In this document: piece by piece, positions 42,901-59,452 of the stretch
How positions within the stretch are numbered: the first letter of the stretch is position 1
Layout: every line of letters starts with the position of its first letter
Program-made: the position numbers and the translations under genes
The notes under the pieces: model-generated
What the model saw: the letters and a program-made list of their open reading frames with translations, nothing else
What the model was told of the DNA's origin: nothing
Database searches by the model: none
Source: Eledone cirrhosa
Taxonomy: Eukaryota
NCBI GenBank assembly: GCA_964016885.1
Contig: OZ024744.1
Span: 106,888,001-106,952,000, forward strand
Direction: 5' to 3'
Length of the DNA: 64,000 bases

Positions 42901-45900
42901 CACACACCGCAGATAGACAGACACACACCACAGATAGAGACACACACACCACAGATAGAGAGACACACCACAGATAGAGAGACACACCACAGATAGAGAC
43001 ACACACACCATAGATAGAGACACACACACCTCAGATAGAGACACACACACCACAGATAGAGACACACACCACCGATAGAGACACACACACCACAGAGAGA
43101 CACACACCACAGATAGACACACACCACAGATAGAGACACACACACCACAGATATAGATACACACACCACATATAGACACACAGACCACAGATAGAGACAC
43201 ACACCACAGATAGACACACACACCAGATAGAGACACACACCACAGACAGAGAGACACACACCACAGATAGAGACACACACCACAGACAGAGAGACACACA
43301 CCACAGATAGGGACACACACCACACATAGAGAGACACACACACACCACAGATAGAGACACACACCAAAGATAGACAGACACACCACAGATAGAGACACAC
43401 ACCAGATAGAGACACACACACGACAGATAGAGATACACACCACAGATAGAGACACACACCACAGATAGCTACACACACTACAGATAGAGACACACACACC
43501 AGAGATAGAGAGACACACCACAGATAGAGACACACACCACAGATAGAGACACACACCTCAGATAGAGACACACACACCACAGATAGAGATACACAAACCA
43601 CAGATAGAGACACACACCACAGATAGACACACACTACAGATAGACACACACCACAGATAAATACACACACACCACAGATAGTTACACACACCACAGATAG
43701 AGACACACACCACAGATAGAGACACACACACCACAGATAGAGACACACACACCACAGATAGAGACACACACCACAGATAGAGACACACACCACAGATAGA
43801 GAGACACACCACAGATACAGACACAGACACCACAGATAGATACACACACCACAGATAGACACACACACCACAGATAGAGACACACACCACAGATAGAGAC
43901 ACACACCACAGATAGAGACACACACTACAGATAGACACACACACCACATATAGAGACACACACCACAGATAGATAGACACACCTCAGATAGAGACACACA
44001 TCACAGATAGAGACACACACCTCAGATAGAGACACACACACCAGATAGAGACACACACACCACAGATAGATACACACACACCACAGATAGAGACACACAC
44101 ACCACAGATAGAGACACACACCACAGACAGAGAGACACACACCACAGACAGAGAGACACACACCACAGATAGGGACACACACACACCACAGAGAGAGACA
44201 CACTACATATAGAGACACACACCACACATATAGAGACACACACCACACATAGAGAGACACACACACACCACAGATAGAGACACACACCACAGATAGAGAC
44301 ACACACCACAGATAGAGACACACCACAGATAGAGACACACACCAGATAGAGACACACACACCACAGATAGAGACACACACCACAGATAGAGACACACACA
44401 CCACAGATAGAGACACACGCACCACAGATAGAGACACGCACCACAGATAGAGAGACACACACCACAGATAGAGACACACACTACAGATAGACAGACACAC
44501 CACAGATAGAGAGACACACACCACAGATAGAGACACACACACCAGAGATAGACACACACACCGCAGATAGAGACACACACCACAGATAGAGACACACACC
44601 TCAGATAGAGACACACACACCACAGATAGAGATACACACACCACAGACAGAGACACACACCGCAGATAGAGACACACACCACAGATAGAGAGACACACCA
44701 CAAATAGCTACACACACCACAGATAGAGACACACACACCAGAGATAGACACACACACCGCAGATAGACAGACACACACCACAGATAGAGACACACACTAC
44801 AGATAGAGACACACACACCACAGAGAGACACACACCACAGATAGACAGACACACACCACAGATAGAGACACACACACCAGAGATAGACACACACACCGCA
44901 GATAGACAGACACACACCACAGATAGAGACACACACACCACAGATAGAGACACACACCACAGATAGAGAGACACACACCACAGATAGAGAGACACACCAC
45001 AGATAGAGAGACACACCACAGATAGAGACACACACACCAGAGATAGAGATACACACCGCAGATAGAGACACACACACCAGAGATAGAGATACACACCGCA
45101 GATAGACACACACACCACAGATAGAGAGACACACCGCAGATAGACACACAGACCACAGATAGACAGACACACCACAGATAGACAGACACACCACAGATAG
45201 ACAGACACACCACAGATAGAGACACACACCACAGATAGAGACACACCACAGATAGACACACACACCACAGATAGACACACACACCACAGATAGAGACACA
45301 CACCACAGATAGAGACACACACCACAGATAGAGACACACACCACAGATAGAGACACACACACCTCAGATAGAGACACACACACACCACAGATAGCGACAC
45401 ACACACCACAGATAGAGACACACACCACCGATAGAGACACACACACCACAGATAGAGACACACAGATCGCAGATAGAGACACACACCACAGATAGAGACA
45501 CACACCACAGATAGAGACACACACCATTGATAGAGACACACACACCACAGATAGAGACACGCACCACAGATAGAGAGACACACCACAGATAGGGACACAC
45601 ACACCACAGATAGAGACACACACCACAGATAGAGACACACACACCACAGATAGAGACACACACACCACAGATAGGGACACACAGACCACAGATAGAGACA
45701 CACACCACAGATAGACACACACACCACAGATAGAGAGACACACCAAAGATAGACAGACACACCAAAGATAGACAGACACACCAAAGATAGACAGACACAC
45801 CACAGATACAGACACACACCACAGATAGAGACACACACCACAGATAGAGACACACACTACAGATAGAGACACACACCACACATAGAGAAACACACACACA

Positions 45901-48900
45901 CCACTGATAGAGACACACACCACAGATAGAGAGACACACACCACAGATAGAGACACACACACCGGAGATAGACACACACACTGCAGATAGAGACACACAC
46001 CACAGATAGAGACACACACCTCAGATAGAGATACACACACCACAGACAGAGACACACACCACAGATAGAGACACACCGCAGATAGAGAGACACACCACAG
46101 ATAGAGAGATGCACCACAGATAGACAGACACACACCACAGATAGACGACACACACCACAGATAGACAGACACACATCACAGATAGAGACACACAAACCAC
46201 AGATAGAGACACACACCACAGATAGAGACACACACCACAGATAGAGACACACACACCACAGATACAGATACACACACCACAGATAGAGACACACACTCCA
46301 CAGATAGAGACACACACACCTCAGATAAAGACACACACACCACAGATAGCGACACACACACCACAGATAGAGACACACACCACCGATAGAGACACACACA
46401 CCACAGATAGAGACACACAGAGCACAGATAGAGACACACACCACAGATAGAGACACACACTCCACAGATAGAGACACACACACCTCAGATAGAGACACAC
46501 ACACCACAGATAGCGACACACACACCTCAGATAGAGACACACACACCACAGAGAGATACACACACCACAGACAGAGACACACACCACAGACAGAGACACA
46601 CCGCAGATAGAGAGACACACCACAGATAGAGAGACACACCACAGATAGCTACACACACCAGAGATAGACACACACACCGCAGATAGACAGACACACACCA
46701 CAGATAGAGACACACACTACAAATAGAGACACACACACCACAGAGAGACACACACCACAGATAGACAGACACACACCACAGATAGAGACACACACACGAC
46801 AGATAGAGACACACACGACACAGACAGAGACACACACCGCAGATAGGGACACACACACCACAGATAGAGACACACACTACAGATAGACAGACACACCACA
46901 GATAGAGAGACACACACACCACAGATAGAGACACACACCACAGATAGAGACACACACACCATAGATAGCTACACACACCACAGATAAAGACACACACACC
47001 ACAGATAGACAGACAAACGACAGATAGAGAAACACACCACAGATAGACAGACACACACCAGAGATAGAGATACACACCACAGATAGAGACACACACCACA
47101 GATAGACACACACACCACAGATAGCGATACACACACCAGAGATAGAGAGACACACCACATATAGAGAGACACACACCACAGATAGAGACACACACACCAC
47201 AGATAGACACACACCACAGATAGACACACACCACAGATAGACACACACACCACAGATAGAGAGACACAACCACATATAGAGACACACACCACAGATAGAG
47301 AGACAAACCACGGATAGAGACACGCACACCACAGATGGTGAGACACACACCACAGATAGACACACACCACAGATAGAGACACACCACAGATAGAGACACA
47401 CACACCACAGATATAGATACACACACCACAGATAGAGACACACACCACAGATAGACACATACACTACAGATAGACACACAGACCACAGATAGAGACACAC
47501 ACCACAGATAGAGACACACACCACAGATAGAGACACACACCACAGACAGAGAGACACACACCACAGATAGAGACACACACCACAGACAGAGAGACACACA
47601 CCACAGATAGACACACACACCACAGATAGAGACACACACCACAGATAGAGACACACACCAAAGATAGACAGACACACCACAGATAGAGACACACACCAGA
47701 TAGAGACACACACACGACAGATAGAGATACACACCACAGATAGAGACACACACCACAGATAGAGACACACACCACAGAAAGCTACACACACTACAGATAG
47801 AGACACACACACCAGAGATAGAGAGACACACCACAGATAGAGACACACACCACAGATAGAGACACACACCTCAGATAGAGACACACACACCACAGATAGA
47901 GATACACACACCACAGATAGACACACCACAGATAGAGACACACACACCAGAGATAGACACACACACCGCAGATAGAGACACACACCACAGATAGAGACAC
48001 ACACCACAGATAGCTACACACACTACAGATAGAGACACACACACCAGAGATAGAGAGACACACCACAGATAGAGACACACACCACAGATAGAGACACACA
48101 CCACAGATAGAGACACACACCTCAGATAGAGACACACACACCACAGATAGAGATACACACACCACAGATAGACACACACTACAGATAGAGACACACACAC
48201 CAGAGATAGAGAGACACACCACAGATAGAGACACACACCACAGATAGAGACACACACCACAGATAGAGACACACACCACAGATAGAGACACACACCACAG
48301 ATAGCTACACACACTACAGATAGAGACACACACACCAGAGATAGAGAGACACACCACAGATAGAGACACACACCACAGATAGAGACACACACCACAGATA
48401 GAGACACACACACCACAGATAGTTACACACACCACAGATAGAGACACACACCACAGATAGAGACACACACCACAGATAGAGACACACACGCCACAGATAG
48501 AGACACACACGCCACAGATAGAGACACACACTACAGATACAGACACAGACACCACAGATAGAGACACACACCACAGATAGAGACACACACCACAGATAGA
48601 GATACACACCTCAGATAGAGACACACACACCACAGATAGACACACACACCACAGATAGACACACACACCACAGATAGAGACACACACACCACAGATAGAC
48701 ACACACACCACAGATAGACACACACACCACAGATAGAGACACACACCACAGATAGAGACACACACCAGAAATAGAGTCACACACACCACAGATAGACACA
48801 CACACCACAGATAGAGACACACACCACAGATAGAGACACACACAGCAGATAGAGACACACACCACAGATAGAGACACACACACCACAGATAGCGACACAC

Positions 48901-51900
48901 TCCACAGATAGAGACACACACACCACAGATAGATACACACACACCACAGATAGACACACACACCACAGATAGAGACACACACCACAGATAGAGACACACA
49001 CTACAGATAGATACACACACCACAGATAGAGACACACACCTCAGATAGAGACACACATCACAGATAGAGACACACACCTCAGATAGAGACACACACCAGA
49101 TAGAGACACACACACCACAGATAGAGACACACACCACAGACAGAGAGACACACACCACAGATAGGGACACACACACACCACAGAGAGAGACACACACACC
49201 ACAGATAGAGACACACACCACAGATAGAGACACACACCAGAGATAGAGACACACACCACAGATAGAGACACACACCACAGATAGAGACACACCACAGATA
49301 GAGACACACACCACAGATAGAGACACACACCACAGATAGAGACACACACCACAGATAGAGACACACACAAGATAGAGACACACATACCACAGATAGAGAT
49401 ACACACCACAGATAGAGACACACACACCACAGATAGAGACACACACACCACAGATAGAGACACACACCACAGATAGAGACACACACCACAGATAGACAGA
49501 CACACCACAGATAGAGAGACACACACCACAGATAGAGACACACACACCAGAGATAGACACACACACCGCAGATAGAGACACACACCACAGATAGAGACAC
49601 ACACCTCAGATAGAGACACACAAACCACAGATAGAGATACACACACCACAGATAGAGACACACACTACAGATAGACAGACACACCACAGATAGAGACACA
49701 CCACAGATAGAGACACACACCACAGATAGAGACACACAACACAGATAGAGACACACACCACAGACAGAGACACACACCGCAGATAGAGAGACACACCACA
49801 GATAGCTACACACACCACAGATAGAGACACACACACCGCAGATAGACAGACACACACCACAGATAGACACACACACCACAGATAGAGACACACACCACAG
49901 ATAGAGACACACACCACAGGTAGAGACACACACCACAGATAGAGTCACATATCACAGATAGACAGACACACCACAGATAGACACACACACCACAGATAGA
50001 GACACACACACCACAGATAGAGACACACACCACAGATAGAGACACACACCACAGATAGAGAGATACACCACAGATAGATACACACACACCACAGATAGAC
50101 ACACACCACAGATAGAGAGACACACCACAGATAGAGACACACACACCACAGATAGAGGCACACACACCACAGATAGAGACACACACCACAGATAGAGACA
50201 CACACCACAGATAGACACACACACCACAGATAGAGACACACACCACAGATAGAGACACACAGACCACAGATAGACACACACACCACAGATAGAGACACAC
50301 ACCACAGATAGAGAGACACACACCACAGACACAGACACCACAGATAGACACACACACCACAGATAGAGACACACACCACAGATAGACACACACACCACAG
50401 ATAGAGACACACACTACAGATAGACACACACACCACAAATAGAGACACACACTACAGATAGAGACACACACACCTCATATAGAGACACACACACCACAGA
50501 TAGAGACACACACCACAGATAGAGACATACACCACAGATAGAGACACACACTACAGATAGACACACACACCACAGATAGACAGACACACACACCACAGAT
50601 AGAGACACACACCACAGATAGAGACACGCACCTCAGATAGAGACACACACACTAAAGATAGAGACACACACACTACAGATAGAGACACACACACCACAGA
50701 TAGAGACACACACACCACAGATAGAGACACACCACAGATAGAGAGACACACACCACATATATATACACACACACCACAGATAGAGACACACACCACAGAT
50801 AGACACACACACACCACAGATAGAGACACACACACCACAGATAGAGACACACACACCACAGATAGAGACACACACACCACAGATAGAGACACACACCACA
50901 GATAGAGACACACATCACAGATAGACACACACACCACAGATAGAGACACACACACCACATATATATACACACACACCACATATATATACACACACACCAC
51001 AGATAGAGACACACCACAGATAGAGACACACACACCACAGATAGAGACACACACACCACAGATAGACACACACACACCACAGATAGAGACACACACCACA
51101 GATAGAGACACACACCACAGATAGCCACACACACCACAGATAGAGACACACATACCACAGATAGAGACACACCACAGATAGACACACACACCACAGATAG
51201 ACACACACACCACAGTTAGAGACACACACCACAGATAGAGACACACACACCACAGTTAGAGACACACACCACAGATAGAGACACACACCACAGATAGAGA
51301 CACACAACACAGATAGACAGACACACCACAGATAGAGAGACACACCACAGATAGACACACACCACAGATAGAGACACACACACCACAGATAGAGACACAC
51401 ACCAGAGATAGACAGACACACCACAGATAGACAGACACACCACATATAGAGAGATACACCACAGATAGATACACACACTACAGATAGACACACACCACAG
51501 ATAGACACACACCACAGATAAATACACACACACCACAGATAGTTACACACACCACAGATAGAGACACACACCACAGAGAGACACACACACCACAGATAGA
51601 GACACACACCACAGATAGAGAGACACACACCACAGACACAGACACCACAGATAGATACACACACACCACAGATAGAGACACACACCACAGATAGACACAC
51701 ACACCACAGATAGAGACACACACTACAGATAGACACACACACCACAAATAGAGACACACACTACAGATAGAGACACACACACCTCATATAGAGACACACA
51801 CACCACAGATAGAGACACACACCACAGATAGAGACATACACCACAGATAGAGACACACACTACAGATAGACACACACACCACAGATAGACAGACACACAC

Positions 51901-54900
51901 ACCACAGATAGAGACACACACCACAGATAGAGACACGCACCTCAGATAGAGACACACACACTAAAGATAGAGACACACACACTACAGATAGAGACACACA
52001 CACTACAGATAGAGACACACACACCACAGATAGAGACACACACACCACAGATAGAGACACACCACAGATAGAGAGACACACACCACATATATATACACAC
52101 ACACCACAGATAGAGAGACACACACCACATATATATACACACACACCACAGATAGAGACACACACCACAGATAGACACACACACACCACAGATAGAGACA
52201 CACACACCACAGATAGAGACACACACACCACAGATAGAGACACACACCACAGATAGAGACACACATCACAGATAGACACACACACCACAGATAGAGACAC
52301 ACACACCACATATATATACACACACACCACATATATATACACACACACCACAGATAGAGACACACCACAGATAGAGACACACACACCACAGATAGAGACA
52401 CACACACCACAGATAGACACACACACACCACAGATAGAGACACACACACCACAGATAGAGACACACACCACAGATAGAGACACACACCAAAGATAGACAC
52501 ACACACCACAGATAGAGACACACACACCACAGATATAGACACACACACCACAGATATAGACACACACACCACAGATAGACACACACCACAGATAGAGACA
52601 CACACCAAAGATAGACAGACACACCACAGATACAGACACACACACCACAGATAGAGACACACACACCAAAGATAGAGACACACACCACAGATAGAGAGAC
52701 ACACCACAGGTAGATACACACACACCACAGATAGAGACACACACCACATATATATACACACAGACCACAGATAGACACACACCACAGATAGCCACACACA
52801 CCACAGATAGAGACACACACCACAGATAGACACACACACCACAGATAGACACACACACCACAGATAGACACACACACACCACAGATAGAGACACACACAC
52901 CACAGATAGAGACACACACACCAAAGATAGAGACACACACCACAGATAGAGAGACACACCACAGGTAGATACACACACACCACAGATAGAGACACACACC
53001 ACATATATATACACACACACCACAGATAGAGACACACACCAAAGATAGAGACACAGACCACAGATAGAGACACACACCACAGATAGAGACACACACCACA
53101 GATAGACAGACACACCACAGATAGCCACACACACCACAGATAGAGACACACACCACAGATAGACACACACACCACAGATAGAGACACACAACACAGATAG
53201 AGACACACACACCACAGATAGATACACACACCACAGATAGAGACACACACCACAGATAGACACACACACCACAGATGGACAGACACACCACAGATAGAGA
53301 CACACACCACAGATAGAGACACACACACCACAGATAGAGACACACACCAGAGATAGAGTCACACACACCACAGATAGATACACACACACCACAGATAGAC
53401 ACACACACAACAGATAGACACACACACCACAGATAGAGACACATAGACCACAGTTAGAGACACACACACCACAGTTAGAGACACACACCACAGATAGAGA
53501 CACACACCACAGATAGAGACACACACACCACAGTTAGAGACACACACCACAGATAGAGAGACACACCACAGATAGAGACACACAACACAGATAGACAGAC
53601 ACACCACGGATAGACACACACCACAGATAGAGATACACACACCACAGATAGAGACACACACACCACAAATAGAGACACACACACCACAGATAGAGACACA
53701 CACTACAGATAGAGACACACACCACAGATAGAGAGACACACACCACAGATAGAGAGACACACACCACAGATAGAGACACACACAGCACAGATAGAGACAC
53801 ACACACAGGACAGATAGAGACACACACAGCACAGATAGAGACACACACACCACAGATAGAGACACACACACCACAGATAGACACACACACCACATATAGA
53901 GACACACACACCACAGATAGAGACACACACACCACAGATAGAGACACACATACCACAGATAGAGACACACACACCGCACAGATAGAGACACTACACCACA
54001 GATAGAGACACACACCACAGATAGAGACACACACACCACAGATAGAGACACACATACCACAGATAGAGACACACATACCACAGATAGAGACACACACACA
54101 GCACAGATAGAGACACACACACCACAGATAGAGACACACACCTCAGATAGAGACACACACCACAGATAGAGACACACATCACAGCTAGACACACACACCA
54201 CAGATAGAGACACACACACCACAGAGAGACACACACACTACAGATAGAGACACACACCAAAGATAGAGAGACACACCACAGATAGAGACACACACACCAC
54301 AAATAGAGACACACACACCACAGATAGAGACACACACCACAGATAGAGACACACACACCACAAATAGAGACACACACACCACAAATAGAGACACACACAC
54401 CACAGATAGAGACACACACAGCACAGATAGAGACACACACACCACAAATAGAGACACACACACCACAAATAGAGACACACACACCACAAATAGAGACACA
54501 CACCACATATAGAGACACACACCACATATAGAGACACACACACCACAGACAGAGACACACACCACAGATAGAGACACACACCACAGATAGACAGACACAC
54601 CACAGATAGCCACACACACCACAGATAGAGACACACACCACAGATAGACACACACACCACAGATAGACACACACACCACAGATAGACACACACACACCAC
54701 AGATAGAGACACACACACCACAGATAGAGACACACACACCAAAGATAGAGACACACACCACAGATAGAGAGACACACCACAGGTAGATACACACACACCA
54801 CAGATAGAGACACACACCACATATATATACACACACACCACAGATAGAGACACACACCAAAGATAGAGACACAGACCACAGATAGAGACACACACCACAG

Positions 54901-57443
54901 ATAGAGACACACACCACAGATAGACAGACACACCACAGATAGCCACACACACCACAGATAGAGACACACACCACAGATAGACACACACACCACAGATAGA
55001 CACACACACCACAGATAGACACACACACCACAGATAGAGACACACACACCACAGTTAGAGACACACACCACAGATAGAGACACACACCACAGATAGAGAC
55101 ACACAACACAGATAGAGACACACACACCACAGATAGATACACACACCACAGATAGAGACACACACCACAGATAGACACACACACCACAGATGGACAGACA
55201 CACCACAGATAGAGACACACACCACAGATAGACACACACACACCACAGATAGAGACACACACCAGAGATAGAGTCACACACACCACAGATAGATACACAC
55301 ACACCACAGATAGACACACACACAACAGATAGACACACACACCACAGATAGAGACACATAGACCACAGTTAGAGACACACACACCACAGTTAGAGACACA
55401 CACCACAGATAGAGACACACACCACAGATAGAGACACACACACCACAGTTAGAGACACACACCACAGATAGAGAGACACACCACAGATAGAGACACACAA
55501 CACAGATAGACAGACACACCACGGATAGACACACACCACAGATAGAGATACACACACCACAGATAGAGACACACACACCACAAATAGAGACACACACACC
55601 ACAGATAGAGACACACACTACAGATAGAGACACACACCACAGATAGAGACACACACCACAGATAGAGAGACACACACCACAGATAGAGACACACACAGCA
55701 CAGATAGAGACACACACACAGGACAGATAGAGACACACACAGCACAGATAGAGACACACACACCACAGATAGAGACACACACACCACAGATAGACACACA
55801 CACCACATATAGAGACACACACACCACAGATAGAGACACACACACCACAGATAGAGACACACATACCACAGATAGAGACACACACACCGCACAGATAGAC
55901 ACACACACCACAGATAGAGACACACACCACAGATAGAGACACACACACCACAGATAGAGACACACATACCACAGATAGAGACACACATACCACAGATAGA
56001 GACACACACACAGCACAGATAGAGACACACACACCACAGATAGAGACACACACCTCAGATAGAGACACACACCACAGATAGAGACACACACCACAGCTAG
56101 ACACACACACCACAGATAGAGACACACACACCACAGAGAGATACACACACTACAGATAGAGACACACACCAAAGATAGAGAGACACACCACAGATAGAGA
56201 CACACACACCACAAATAGAGACACACACACCACAGATAGAGACACACACCACAGATAGAGACACACACACCACAAATAGAGACACACACACCACAAATAG
56301 AGACACACACACCACAAATAGAGACACACACACCACAGATAGAGACACACACAGCACAGATAGAGACACACACACCACAAATAGAGACACACACACCACA
56401 AATAGAGACACACACACCACAAATAGAGACACACACCACATATAGAGACACACACCACATATAGAGACACACACACCACAGACAGAGACACACACCACAG
56501 ATAGAGACACACACCACAGATAGAGACACACGCCACAAATAGAGACACACACACCACAGAGAGACACACACCACAGATAGAGAGACACACACCACAGATA
56601 GAGACATACACACGACAGATAGAGACACACACCACAGATAGAGACACACACGCCACAGATAGAGACACACACCACAGATAGAGAGACACACCAAAGATAG
56701 ACACACACACCACAGATAGAGACACACACCACAGATAGACAGACACACCACAGATAGACAGACACACCACAGATAGAGACACACACCACAGATAGATACA
56801 CACACCACAGATAGAGACAGACACACCACAGATAGAGACAGACACACCACAGATAGAGACACACACCACAGATAGATACACACCACATATAGAGACACAC
56901 ACACCACAGATAGACACACTCACCACAGATAGAGACACACACCACAGATAGAGACACACACCACAGATAGCTACACACACCACAGATAGAGACACACACC
57001 ACAGATAGAGACACACACCACAGATAGCTACACACACCACAGATAGACAGACACACCACAGATAGAGACACACACCACAGATAGAGACACATACCACAGA
57101 TAGAGACACACACACCACAGATAGAGACACACACCACAGATAGAGACACACACCACAGATAGAGACACACACCACAGATAGAGACACACACCACAGATAG
57201 AGACACACACACCACAGATAGAGACACACACCACAGATAGAGACACACACACCACAGATAGAGACACACACCACAGATAGACAGACACACACCACAGATA
57301 GCTACACACACCACAGATAGAGACACACACCACAGATAGCCACACACACCACAGATAGAGACACACACACCACAGATAGACACACACACCACAGATAGAC
57401 ACACACACCACAGATAGACACACACACCACAGATAGACACACA
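33955..57443. repeat. ~23.5-kb satellite of 17-23-bp units CCACAGATAGAGA(CA)n, more than 1,100 copies
   Basis: Directly visible. Unit length varies in 2-bp steps. Rare variants recur at ~1.3-kb and ~1.9-kb offsets. Confidence 0.98.
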
Positions 57444-57495
57444 AACGTATGATGGGCTTCCACACAGTTTGCACCTCTCAATTCCACTCACAATG

Positions 57496-58150
57496 CATTG
57501 GTTAAGAGAGGTTATCATTGGTCAACAGTGGCTATCATTGGTCAACAGAGGTTATCATTGGTCAACAGTGGCTATCATTGGTCAACAGAGGCTATCATTG
57601 GTCAACAGAGGTTATCATTGGTCAACAGTGGCTATCATTGGTCAACAGAGGTTATCATTGGTGAACAGAGGTTATCATTGGTGAACAGAGGTTATCATTG
57701 GTCAACAGTGGCTATCATTGGTCAACAGAGGTTATCATTGGTCAACAGAGGTTATCATTGGTCAACAGTGGCTATCATCGGTCAAGAGAGGTTATCATTG
57801 GTCAAGAGAGGCTATTATTGGTGAAGAAAGGCTATTATTGGTGAAGAAAGGCTATTATTGGTGAAGAGAGGCTATTATTGGTGAAGAAAGGCTATAATTG
57901 GTGAAGAGAGGCTATAATTGGTCAAGAGAGGTTATCATTGGTCAACAGAGGTTATCATTGGTCAACAGTGGCTATCATTGGTCAAGAGAAGCTATAATTG
58001 GTCAAGAGAGGCTATCATTGGTCAACAGAGGCTATAATTGGTCAAGAGAGATTATCATTGGTCAAGAGAGGCTATCATTGGTCAATAGAGGCTATAATTG
58101 GTCAAGAGAGGTTATCATTGGTCAACAGAGGTAATCATTGGTCAACAGGC
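57496..58150. repeat. 20-bp minisatellite TGGTCAACAG(A/T)GG(T/C)TATCAT, ~33 copies
   Basis: Period 20 is directly visible. Confidence 0.97.
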
Positions 58151-58621
58151 TATAATAGAAGACACCGAGTGGTAGCGAACTCAATATCATCATCACCATC
58201 ATTTTCACATGAAGTTCATTAAGTAAAGTAGAACATGTATCAATATTTTAACTCATATCTGATAATTGATTCATTGATTGCATTAATTAACTGTTTTTAA
58301 GTAACGGTTTGTCCATGGGCAAGGAAGGGCCGCATTAACGACTCCTTTTTGAGGATCTCCAAGACTTGGTGGGAGGGAAAACTTGCAACAAAGTGGAGTG
58401 GACTCTATGTCAACCAGCTGACATTACCATTCCTGCCCTACCATAAACACTATCTGCTCCTTTCATACTAAAAACTGCCATCATAAACACCACCATCACC
58501 GATGCATGGCATGTCATGCACATACAAACATTTAGACACACACATGCACACTTACTGACATATAAAGACAGAAAGACACAGAGAAATATACATTTCCTCT
58601 ATAAATACAATAAAATTATAC

Positions 58622-58864
58622 CTGCTTCAATAGACCCTGACCATCTGTCTACCATTCTTTCAATGATAACTTCAAATAATTCACTGTCTTTCAAAGGACG
58701 GTTGCTCATGACAATGGCATCGTTGAATTCTCCAGCAGCATTTGGTCTGGCAGCTGTTTTACCATTGTTCATCACAGTAGCATTGTTGCCATGGAAATTA
58801 TGGAACCGTAATTCATCTCCATCAGTGGCAATACTGGAATCCATTTCCGGAGAACTTAGGGTTT
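58622..58864 (-). CDS. NEURL4: Internal coding exon of neuralized-like protein 4 (start of an NHR/NEUZ domain)
   Basis: Translates (E)TLSSPEMDSSIATDGDELRFHNFHGNNATVMNNGKTAARPNAAGEFNDAIVMSNRPLKDSELFEVIIERMVDRWSGSIEA(G), which matches the NHR repeat of NEURL4 as I recall it (LRFH..HG.NA....G.TA.R....EFNDAIV.SNR.L...ELFE..I..MVDRWSGSIEAG). Acceptor ttttgttttggccgtcaacag|AA and donor GCAG|gtataa are canonical. 243 nt, phase 1-1. Confidence 0.93.
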
Positions 58865-58896
58865 CTGTTGACGGCCAAAACAAAAAGGAATTAGAA

Positions 58897-59113
58897 TAAA
58901 TTAAAATATTAAAAAATTATAAATTATAATATATAACAAATTAAAAAATTATAAATTAAAATATTGTAATAATTAAAATATTGCAATAATTAAAATATAA
59001 TATATTAAAAATATTGTAATAATTAAAATATAATAATAAATAAAAAAAATTGTAATAAATTAAAATACTGCAATAAATTAAAATATTGTAATAATTTAGA
59101 ATATCATAATAAA
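58897..59113. repeat. AT-only degenerate ~17-20-bp tandem (aattaaaatattgtaat) just upstream of the exon acceptor
   Basis: Directly visible. Confidence 0.8.
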
Positions 59114-59452
59114 TTTGCTGGAGTGAAATGGCAGCAATGAGGAGATCAAGGCACTGGTGGCATTGATGATGTCACCAAAAGGAATTGGTCAACCAGTCAT
59201 TGATATTAAGTCATAATTAAACTGATAAAAGTAAAGTAATCCCAATATTTATAATGCATATGTGTGTGTTCATATATGTAGGTATGTATGGGTGTGTTAA
59301 TTTCTTGAAATTATCTCCCCTTCTCATTCACAGTTGCTAATAATCCCTGTTGGAATTTTGTTTATTTTTTCTGTTTGCACAATAAAATGTTATAAAATTA
59401 AGAATTTATAGTGCACTGCATTGAGTACATACACCTCATAAAATATGTTCAC

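Larger units (their letters stand above)
29148..58621 (-). other. 29.5-kb GT-AG intron of NEURL4, roughly 94% tandem repeats
   Basis: Bounded by the donor at 58621-58620 and the acceptor at 29149-29148. The protein sequence is contiguous across it. Confidence 0.88.

Noticed and set aside
33788-57518. Dozens of long Cys/Val/Ser-rich ORFs (up to 775 aa) on the minus strand
   Set aside because: They are translations of a stop-poor satellite, open in all three frames, with unit lengths varying by 2 bp, and they lie inside an intron.
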